Shown one piece after another: positions 27,601 through 37,466 of a stretch of 64,000 nucleotides of DNA. The stretch is taken from assembly GCA_905178155.1 (NCBI GenBank), contig CAJINV010000018.1:68479-132478 (forward strand), given 5' to 3'. This DNA comes from Amoebophrya sp. A120 (Eukaryota; Protista; Dinoflagellata). Both the position numbers and the translations under genes were made by a program. The notes beneath the pieces were generated by a model. That model was not told where the DNA came from and did no database searches. It saw only the letters and a list, made by a program, of their open reading frames with translations. The stretch's first letter is position 1; each line of letters opens with the position of its first letter.

Positions 27601-28393
27601 GCGCTCGAACGTGTTGGGCTTGGGGTCCTCTTGCACGAGGTTCCCGCTCTCGTCGAGCTTTCCCGAGCCCGCTTTATGCATTGAAAGATAGGGGGCGAAA
27701 CATAGACCCCCGAAGATGTATTTATAGCCAAGCAACGTGCTCGCTCCTGCGTTTTGTTCTTACTTACTGACTACGTATTCTTGCCCGGCTGCTGCCACTG
27801 TTCTGGCACCCAAGCGCTATAAGCACATCGACGAACAGGAATAGGCGCTGATAACTGTCACTGACCTATCTTTCCAGTGTTCGGATTTTCCGAAGAGCCA
27901 TATCCCGCATCCCCGTGTCGCCTGCTTTTTTGGCGGCTTCTAGCACGTCTTTATACGCGTCGACGTGCTCCTTCGAGCCAGCGAGGGGAGGCTGATCCTT
28001 GATCATGATCTCCTGCCGCACAGCCGATATCGCGGATTTCTGGTGGCTATTCAGTTCGAAAATGTCGCGACTACTTACTTGCCCACCAGAATTCGTCTCC
28101 ATACAGCATGATAAGTAAGTCTTGCCTCCTGCTGCAGGAGCCAACATGACCAGTTGCCTCCTGCATGACAAATGAAGTGCCTGGTCTTGCCTCCTGCATG
28201 ACAAATTTTGCATGACAAATTGAACTTCGCCTATAAATCCGCATTACAGCATCGAACTGAAGCTGTCCTTCTGGTGGTTTTTGCAGTCTGGGTGGCTGTT
28301 TTTATTTCTCCCTCTGTAGCTTCTACCAGTAAGCAATGGCGCGACAGTTCGTGGTGCATACGTCTGCTTCGTCGGCTGTTCCCCACCATCATC
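24611..28393 (-). CDS. multi-exon coding region of unknown function with a Ser/Ala-rich terminal exon; possibly a C-terminal extension of the transposase gene
   Basis: Protein-like ORF pieces at 28244-28393, 27866-28070, 27442-27735, 26068-26751 (split by 2 introners) and 24611-25396. Exon linkage is only partly resolved. Confidence 0.5.
25497..25655. repeat. 27-bp minisatellite (~5.5 copies)
   Basis: tcccgctaattatgtgctctcgtgcta repeated head to tail with no unique spacers. Confidence 0.9.
26313..26502. mobile_element. introner, family F (190 bp, degenerate left end)
   Basis: TIR tgcaaaagtgtcgcacttgtggc / gccagaagtgcaacagttttgca; DR 3/5; removal plus 5 nt gives LREQHRQAARIL. Confidence 0.7.
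26556..26721. mobile_element. introner, family E, inverted orientation (166 bp)
   Basis: TIR tatgaactgcaaaagcatcgtac / gtacgatacttttgcacaagata; DR aatgt/catgt; removal gives GAPYMLGDAIA. Confidence 0.85.
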
Positions 28394-28782
28394 TATGACA
28401 ATGCAGAACTCCCCCTCGTCCACCTCATTTGTAATGCAGAATACCAAATGCACAGCCACGGCGGCACTCTTGGCGTGCGAAATTTCAGAGAGAATTTATC
28501 TCAAGCTGTAAGCACAACACCCCGTGTGCAGATTTGTCATGCGGGCGCCACATCTCTGCCATTGCTTGTGTTCCTGTTAATGCTATCCTGTGCAAAAGTA
28601 TCGCGCTCGTAATAATTGCAGTCATGCATTACAAATTTTTTTCTGAAAGTGAAGCTACATCCGCATTACAAATTTTATCTCTCACGCTGAGGAAATTTGT
28701 AATGCATTTATACGAGTACGATACTTTTGCAATGCATAAATGCAATACAAATGAGGCGGAGGGGGAGTTGTGCAATCTCATA
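28394..28782. mobile_element. introner (389 bp) containing a nested introner
   Basis: TIR tatgacaatgcagaactccccctc / gagggggagttgtgcaatctcata; DR tcatc/tcaac; removal gives SDDDVDGGEQPTK. Confidence 0.85.
28584..28738. mobile_element. introner, family E (155 bp), nested in 28394-28782
   Basis: TIR tatcctgtgcaaaagtatcg / cgatacttttgcaatgcata; perfect DR AATGC; aligns with 17475-17647. Confidence 0.9.
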
Positions 28783-31700
28783 TCAACATCGTCGTCCGAG
28801 CTACTATCTCCGCCAGCGTCTTCCTCGCCCTCATCGTCTTCAACTAGCTCCGGCGTTTCCCAATACCCGAAGAAGTCCTCCTGAGAGTGGTGAGCTCCTA
28901 CTTATTCATACTCTGAAGCGACATTTCTTGTTTTTGGTGGTGTTCTATCATCGACGAGGGGAGGGGTAAATAAGTACTTAGAGAGAATTCGGGCGGGTAG
29001 AGAGATTTGTCATGCGCAACGGAACGTCTGGGCGGTAATCGCGGTCAACGTCTCAGCATCACAGATTTTGTTTTCGTCTATGAAGTTTGTTCTTCAGCTC
29101 CGTCCATATAAATTTAAACAGCATGACAGATTTAGTAAGTACCTCTAGGCGCTCGATGTCACTGCCCGGGGCGCCAAGTTTTTCAATTGTCGGCAGTACG
29201 CGTCTATGCAGTGCAAAAGGGGCGACGGTGCTTTCTATCCGAGAACGGGCTGCACTCTGCCACCCCACACATGGCCCAATATGTAAGTATCTCTCTATGT
29301 GCGCGACGCAGAGATGCGGCCCGCTTATGAAAACTGCCCGTCGCCCACTTTTGCAGGGGGATACCAGCCTTCCACCAAGCGCCGCACGCCTTCCGGTGTG
29401 GGGACGCGATCTAGACCAGCCGCACGCAACTCCGCTACGACTTCCTCCGCCCGCTTCTTCGCGGCAGGCAGAAACGCAGCGATGGCCCGTGCGTAGTCAT
29501 CTCGGATTGCCCGCGCGACGTGCTGCGGGTTCGTGACACGAGGGTCAAAGCCCAGCTTTTGAAAGGACTCAGAGCCGTAGCTGTCGTGGTCCAAGTCCTC
29601 CCAGGCTTGTAGGACCCGCCTGACGGCGTCCTCCCGGGAGGAGATCGTGAGCCGGAACTTGCTGCGCTTGTCCGCCATCTGCGCCAACAACTGCGCCGCC
29701 GCTTGGGTGATCTCTATGTCCTTAAGCCGCTTCGAGAAGGCGTAGTGGGCGTACAGGTCGCACGGCTGCACGAGGTCGGTACACCCGGCGCCTGCGGTTT
29801 GTAGTTTTTCAAGTTTCGCACTCATCTGTCGCGCGTCTGCTGCGGGCCAGCGTAGTGATCTATACATAGTAAGCAGAAGCACCTACTTACTGGAGCACCT
29901 AAAAAACAAACCCGCTTTGGGTCCACATACTCGCGTGGCCCACCCTGGTCACCCCCACCACCAGCGATTTGCAAGCAAGCAGCGTGGAAAATGCCAACGC
30001 TCGGAGCCAAGAAACGTAAAGAAGCTCATGGCACCTGTAATGCGGGGCGCGCCGCTTTCCCGGGATTTTATTCAAATCGCCGGCGAAAAGTCGCAAGGCC
30101 CATAGAAAGAGGGCGGCACGCACGCGACGTGGGGGCCCGGGACAAACAGCAGAATGGCAGCAGCGGAAGCGCACTGCTGCCGGAGTTCTCAGCGGTGAGG
30201 GGCGGCTGAATCGCCGCAACCGGGGCAAAGCGAGTATGTACTTACTTAAAAGAGAGAGGGAATTCCAAAAACAGCATGTGATCAGAGTAGTGCTACTATT
30301 GGACAAACTGCGCACTTGTGCGATGCGTGCGCTCTGTCCTGGGTTTTCCAGTCGTTTTTTGGAAGCCTGGCAACAGAAGTAAAGCTACGTACTAAGTACC
30401 GACGAACAACAATATTAGGAGAAGCTCAGCCCAATCGTCCGGGCGCTCGTGGCCCGAGAAATGGTCAACATACACCACGGTCACTATTCCCTTCCGAGAG
30501 TTTTCCTCGACCAAGTCGCGCAGCGCATCCGTGAATATTGCTCTGTTGTAACTGCCCCTCGGCCCTGTTCGTAAGACACACCACTCCGGGACGCCGCCTG
30601 CTATGGCGTGCTCAGGTGCTGAGTACAGATTCAGTACTTGGCTAAGTAACCACTGTCATTGGGGTCGAGCGCTGCAATTTGCTTAGGTATTCCCTTTGCC
30701 ATGCTGTTCGTGCAGGACAGAGCGTAAACAACTCAGCCCGCCCGCTAAGTATAAGTACATGCAAGAACCACTGAAGCTGTAGGCCCCACCTGAACGGCCC
30801 ATATGCACCCTGTTCAGCTTCGCCTGGACGCCATTCTTGCCCCGGAAGAGGATCTCGATACTTGGCGGCCCTTCCCTGTCCACCGCGTCGGTGACTTGCG
30901 TTAGTACCGTAAAGCGCGATCTGTGGCGCAGTTTTCATTGTGGGTGAGGTCCGTTCTTGTACTAACTTCCGCCCAAGGTCCAGGAGGCACCACTAACACA
31001 CCACGAAACGCGTAAAAGTACTACTTAAGCTAGCAAAAGCGTGCGCAGTTTATCGGGCACACGAAAGGCGAGACGGAAAAAAACATACTTAGAGGAGGTC
31101 TGTACCTTGACTGGCCGTGGTTGTCGTTAATTGCCACCTTGTCCTCCCCTGAGAATGTGACTACTTTGCCGGCTGATGTGCCGTTCATGAAGACAGGCTT
31201 TTCGTCGAAATTTTTGGAGGCCTTATCCACTGCAAAAGTGCGACGACCTAACTCTTGCATTTCCCATACAGAGACCCACAATCTTGCATGACAGATTTTC
31301 TCTGGTTCCTGATCTCAGAAATGCGCCTGCGCTGCAGATCTAGATGCCAAATGATTTGCATGACAGATTTGAGAAAATTTGTCATGCAGACGTGCCCACG
31401 AATCGCAGGGGATATTTGGAGTCCCGGCGGCACTTTTGCAGGGGATATTTGAAGTCCCACCCTAGTAATTCCAGCGCGTGACGCACCGACCAGCTTGGCT
31501 CCCACGTTCCACAGAGGCGGAAATACTGCAGCGCGGGGTCAAGTTTCGGCCGTGTATTTGGCATCCGTAACACCAAATCGTTCGCCCGCATCCAGTATCA
31601 AATGCAAATATGTCTGGGTCTGGAAGATTTGGGGAGTTTGTCATGCACATTTTGCATGAGCCATGACGTCTGTGATGCATGCCGTAGCATCACAGATTTT

Positions 31701-32428
31701 TATTTTTTGAGGCCTTTTTGATGCAATGCAAATTTTTGGGATTCCAAACGCAGCATCACAAGTTACATTCTTCCAGACAAAGACACTTTTGCACTTGATA
31801 TCCAGTCCCTGATGTACCTATGACTAGCTTGCGAGACGGTCTTTGGGTCTATATGCGGGCTGTCGTCCAGATAAATTTTTCGCTGGGCCGCGTATGCCAG
31901 CCGAAGAAGAGGCACCGTAATTTTAGTTTTCCGCCATCGTAGCTCGCAGAAAAGAAGGAAAAGGTCCTCCCGCAGCTGCGGGTTTGGCGGAGGGCGGCCG
32001 GCGCCCTTGTCTCGCAGCCGACGCAGTTCGGCCGCACTGTAGTATTGCCGAAGCCAGGCCTGCACGTCGGCAAGATGATTGAAGGCCTCGCTAGTAATGA
32101 CCTCCCAAGTCCAAGTCTCCTTGACCATCTCCTTCGCCCGGCCGAGCATCTTTAGAAGCGAGTTGCGCTGACTCCTTGTCTGTAAGAGTTTGGGATTGTT
32201 GTTTAGACACCGGAGCTGCTTCATGTTCGTGTCATATTGTCCGCTTTCCAAGGATTCTAGCCGAAGTGCGAGAATTCCCGTCGTCAAACGGTCCCCAAGC
32301 CTGTAGCTGTCGTGCGTGCGCTTGTTCTTCCACGCCTCCGGGACGGCATTCAGGACCGCGGCGACAACCGCGTCGTCATCTTCATCGCCCCTGGCAGACG
32401 GTTCCGAGTCTGCGTCAAGCTGCGCCAT
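28783..32428 (-). CDS. pogo/Tigger-family (CENP-B HTH + DDE_1) transposase, intron-split
   Basis: Spliced motifs: CENP-B-like HTH end ASHRYIRDWMRANDLVLR; NFDEKP (D at 31204-31206); SRFTVLTQV...PPSIEILFRGK; VYVDHFSGH (D at 30464-30466); TDLVQPCDLYAHYAF (D at 29757-29759). These match the pogo N.DET / D.F.GH / QPLD triad. Confidence 0.88.
31224..31447. mobile_element. introner, family F (224 bp), in the transposase gene
   Basis: TIR tatccactgcaaaagtgc / gcacttttgcaggggata. No matching DR, but removal plus 5 nt gives LGWDFKSKNFDEKP. Confidence 0.8.
31596..31800. mobile_element. introner, family A (205 bp), in the transposase gene
   Basis: TIR tatcaaatgcaaatatgtctgggtctggaag / cttccagacaaagacacttttgcacttgata; perfect DR TCCAG; removal gives YIRDWMRANDL. 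Confidence 0.93.
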
Positions 32429-35079
32429 GCTTCTTTGTCGGGATTTCTTGCGTGTCTAGCTCTAGGTCGAGGATTACTATAAAAAAGTAGTAAGAACTTA
32501 CTTATTGCAAAACGCTACTTATCGACTACAAATACTTGCGAAATGGAAGAGCTAGGTACAGGAAGCGGGCCGCGCTAGTCGCGTCTTCTAGTGGTGCTTA
32601 ACTAGTAAGTACTGCATTTCCACGACACCATGAGGCGCGATAAGTGCTTACACCTTCCACCCCAAGCACCCAAACAAACACACCCACGACAAGGAACGAA
32701 AAGCCCAACGAAAAAACAACTTTCGAGGCGAAACGAAGCGGGCCCATGCATCAATCTTCACCAACTTATTTGCGTCTCAATCTTCAACCGCAGCCATTCT
32801 ACTTACACATCGCACAAGTGGAGCGAGGACCAAGCTCAGAGTTTCACAATCGTCATCATCTATGCTGCGCAGGGTGGTGTGCACAGGGTTCAGAAGGGGC
32901 CTGCCCTCGTGTTCAAGTTTTGATCACTTAAGCTCGTTGTCTGTTTCTGGTTGCCATTGCAGTTGCAGATTTATTCACGCGAACGCTCACGGAAACACTT
33001 CGCGAATTTCGTCCGTTCTCATGGAATTGTCAGCATTTTTCTGTGTCAGCACTCAGCAGCTGGCATTCGAAAGCGAAAGGTGTAAGTAGTCGCCAATAGG
33101 TATCATTTCAAAACGAATCCACCAACAATGGCTCTGGTTCGCTGTTTGCCTCCACACTGCTCTGTCCGGCCGTACTACCACAAGACCCCATGGCCAACGA
33201 TCTGCATACCCGTTACCATCCAGGCGAAACCCCGCCGGCGCCCTCGCGGCCCATTCAAGCAGACCTGATGTCGTGTTTCGTCGAGGCTCAAGTAAGTAAG
33301 TTGTAGCTCTAGTTCTTAAGTAGTGCAGAAAAAGCATTCCATGCGTTCTTCTTGGGAGCAGACGATCACACATGACAGACTTTCCTCTGAAGCAATGTAT
33401 GGGTCCTTACCTTCTTGCCACAGAAACCCGTACTGCTATTGCGTCTTCAAGTACTTTTCAACGCCCCACACTGTGGGGCGGTTCGCTTCCGCCAACGACC
33501 GTTGCGATGAGGTTGTGTTGTTCCGGTTGTGTTGTTCCGCGCGATGAGGTTTTGTTGTTCCGCGCGCCAAAAGGTGAAATGGTATTGGACTTATGAATGG
33601 GCCGCTAATTATGTATTTTGGAGTAGTGCCAATCAGAACCGAAAGGGAAACCCTCACAACTCCCGTGCAACATTAAATAGATGGACGCAAAACCGAAAGC
33701 TGACTTTAAATAGATGGACGCAGACTTTAAGAAGAGCCACCACATCATTGGCCTTTTTATACAAAATGCTGTCGGTCAGGATGTGCAAGAACGCACCGGG
33801 AAACAGCCATCATCCTCGCCAATCCAGCCCTGCCCGGCCGCCGAGTCACCGTTGAAGCAGCAGTGGCCGATGCAAAATTACTTATGCCATATGCAACTGT
33901 GAAGGTCAGCCCGTGTTTGTCGCCCCCGCCATGCTAGGTCGGTCATCAGAAAGGTGGGCAGGCCAGCAAGTCTCGTCTCGCAGTAGTACTTACTACGTCG
34001 GCATCAGACTGAGAAGCTCCTTCCTCATGGGAAAGCTGCGATGCCTTTTCCACTTTTTTGCAGAACGCGTGACGAGTCGTGCGAACTTGACTTGGCCTTC
34101 ATTTTTCGGGGTGTAAAGGCTGCCTGTTCTATCCGGGTCCGTTTGATTGATGGTCGGCCGTGGCTCTGGACTCTCTGTGACCAAAAGACACACACCTCAT
34201 GCTGTTCATCTTGTCTCAATTGAAAGGACAACAGCTTTGAAAATGTACAATAGCGAAAGTGTCTTGAGTTCTGGAAAAACGGAAATCAAATAGGCACTGC
34301 AAGATCAAAAGGGCGTTGGTCTGGATGGATAAATTTACGGGCAAGTAATGACAATGGGGAAAAAGGTGAGCTCTTGTCCGACGACCCTCAAACGCTGAAA
34401 ATTTGTTCAGTGCTTTTACAAGAATTGAAATCATAGCGAAAAAATTTCTCTCATGAAAAAAATTCCGTAGAAGCTAGGTAGTTTGGAAGATCGCTGTGGC
34501 AAGCACGTGAAGGACCGTCCTTCAACACCTACCACAATATATAAGATCGGAGTTTCGGATCGCTGCGCTTTCAGGTACTGACGTGCCTATACAAGCTATG
34601 ATGAGATCTCGTGTCCTGGATAACAGCGCGCTATTACATACTTAGTTCGTCAGCTAGATGCTATTGTGCACCATCGACATTGAGGCGCGAGGCGAGCTGC
34701 AAGGCTTGCGATTAAAGCAAGGACTCTCGATATACGATGAAATAATCTTCTTCCACACCCGCCGACTTCGGTCGGCCGTGACAGCTGCTCCGAAAGACAA
34801 AGAAATCACGCACCAAGGGATCAACATGAACTTCTCTCCGAGGATCAGGCACGAAATAGCGATATGCAGCCACTTTCAGTGTCACAAATTGCCCACACGG
34901 TGCATGACGAGAGATCTTCTGGGAAAGAACCGAAATGCTTCTTTTGCCGGTACTCGTTGCAGATCACGGTTTTTCATCGTCATCATCATCATTATCATCT
35001 TCCTCATTGATCCTGCACGGCGTGCGGAGGGCTTGGGGTTCGTGTTTGCTCCCTGCCAGGAATCGGGTTGGGCGAGTTC

Positions 35080-35851
35080 ATCGAAGAATGGGTTCCCTGC
35101 CAGCCAATGCAGCCGGAGGAGCCGAATGGTATGTCTCCACTTCTGGTAGGGGAACACTGTCTGGAAACCCGGGATTTCTGTCCGGGTCACCATACAAACG
35201 CATGAATTACTGCAAATTCTCCAATGTTCGGAAACGAAATTCCACCACTGCTTGTCCAGCAGGTGACTCATTTTCTCCTTGCTTCTGAGACGGGCTGAAA
35301 CCTACAGCTATCGTCATTGCTTTTGAAGATTAATCTGCTTTCGTGGCTTTCTTTTATCGTCGGCTTGATGTCGCCGACATAGGCTCTGTAGTGTGATTGT
35401 TGTTGTTCAAAGATTTGAATTGCTTGCTAGATGCCACCTCTTCAGATGAGTTCGATCTGCAGGAGTTCGAAAAACAACTACGTGAAACTGTGTTGCGTAA
35501 ATCATCTTCCCATCTTCAGCCCTAATTGGCTACTGCGCATTCAAAGAAAAAAGCGCACGAGTGTGTATGTACCGCAAACAAGGTAGTAGGGGCGGAATCG
35601 GGATCCAACGCTGCCACATTCACACGAAGCGGATTGTCCCCCGCAGTCGTCCTGGCGGAAATGCAAGACCAGTGCGGCGGCGCCTCTTCCCGGAGCTTTT
35701 CGTAAACCAGTTTCCGTAAGTGTGGGACATACACGTCGTCCGTGCCTGAAATCGTTCCGATCTCATCTCTTGGGAGGGCGACCTGTCGGACACCGCCAGA
35801 CCTCTTGACCAGCGAGATCGACACCGGGGCATCTGCTGCAGGGGCACTCAT
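35080..35851 (-). pseudogene. truncated paralog of the 3.4-5.9 kb locus
   Basis: MSAPAADAPVSISLVKRSGGVRQV...VPHLRKLV matches 5700-5889, and 35150-35315 matches 3378-3540. The second block has in-frame TAA/TGA stops and the intervening LRR region is missing. Confidence 0.6.
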
Positions 35852-37466
35852 TTTTGTGACCGCATGCACAAAGGGGCAAACGGTGGAGACCGCTGTATAA
35901 CTATATGAAGAACGTGCAGCGTTCTTAGCACTATTGCGTAAGAAAATCAGCAAGCAGGAGTCGGGGAGGCAAAAGAAAAAAACGTGGTTGTTCCACCTAC
36001 CAGCAATGCGATATCGACGGCACGGGGACTAGGGTTGTACTTCGGGTTGCGGGAAATATTTTTTACCAAACAACGTAATTATCCAAAGATTTCCTGCAGG
36101 TAAATTGGTCCACGACCTTGTTACGGACGATCGTTTCTCTACTTACTTAGCTACATTAATATCGGGTCCGGATCATCTGCAAACTACGAAAACCTCCATC
36201 TAGCACTGGATCCTTTTCCGTTTGATTTGTAGAAGTTGGTATACGACATATCCCTTTCCACCGATACTCTGTAGAAGTAGTGAGCAGGCCACGAGTCGCG
36301 AATTTCATAGCGAAGTTTTTTGCTGATGGTGTGTGTCGAGGTAGAGACAGAGTAATGCCGCACCGGTGCCACTGATCTTTTCTTCCGAGGGCAACAGGTG
36401 GAGCTTCTGCTTGGTCTTGCAAAGAAAGGCGTTGTCGACATCACGTTGTGTCAACATGATTGCTCTTTGGACACACAATTCAGCTGGAGTTCTGGTCCTA
36501 GAAACGTAGGCCGAGGTTGTACATACTACGGGGCCGCGAAGCAGATGGGACTGACAGATCGAGAAGTTTCTTGGTTTCCACGACCACTTCAAGTTCTACT
36601 TTCTACTGAGCACACAACTCATCACATTTCGAGCCTAGTTGATGTAGCGTGTCTTGCAACAGAACACAAAAGAACGTGTTCCAGTGCTTGTGATCGCCGT
36701 CTTCGATCCGAAACAAAGTGGCGCGGAAAGCAACGCCAATGATTTAGAGATCGTGTGCTCCACCACACTACATCAGTCACTTTCTTTTCACAAATCGCCT
36801 GTTTAGCGAGGTCACCTGACGACGCATGTAACAGACGAGCACGTCGCGCAACGTTGTTCTGCTTCGATAGCAAAAATTCTACAAGAGTTCTACGCCGGTA
36901 AAGGACAGCAGCTCAGTTGGGGCGATTGTATCTATTCTAAAACGTGACTCGCGACAACAATGTGACAAAGTTATGAAGCTTTTATTATAGCATCTTTTCG
37001 GCGGTGGTACAGCTGCCAAAATATTTCGGCCATCTCGGTTTGCGTCCCCAAAATCCAAAATTTTCGATCCGCCACTGTATTATTCGTCATCGTCCGACGC
37101 CGGGTCAATTGGATCTTCGTCTTCCATAACATGCGGTAGGACGTACGTGATCTTCGAATCAGGGTCTCTGGGATCCATAGGCTGTCGGCCACGCGAGCGT
37201 GTTTCAAGATGTATCGAGTGCAATCATGTCTAGGTCACGAAAAGCGCAGCTGTCTTCTGGTCAGAGTACACAGTTTCCGGCATCGGAATCATACATAACT
37301 AACGCGATTGTGGCTTTTTGCTTCCGGGCGAGTGTCAAGATGAACTACGCGCCGACGATAGTGGATGCTTCGAGACAAAGAAACACTGCAAGAAGTCATG
37401 CAAATCACTAGTTATTTTGCTGTACTAGGCAACGGGCACAGTACAAGTTTCGCATCTTTTCTCGAC

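Noticed and set aside
28095-28255. Insert with gcatgacaa repeats flanked by an 8-bp direct repeat (tacagcat)
   Set aside because: No clear TIR and the joined frame is ambiguous, so it was left uncalled.
28783-32428. pogo transposase as the mobiliser of the introners (their ends begin and end with TA)
   Set aside because: Pogo duplicates only TA, whereas the introners have variable 5-bp duplications outside the TA, so the TA belongs to the TIR.
15400-32650. TIRs enclosing the transposase plus methyltransferase-like block
   Set aside because: No matching inverted termini were found by eye, so the composite element remains only a hypothesis.
35080-35320. In-frame TAA/TGA as evidence of stop-codon reassignment (reported for one Amoebophrya lineage)
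   Set aside because: Thousands of codons elsewhere in the window are free of in-frame stops under the standard code; local pseudogenisation is simpler.
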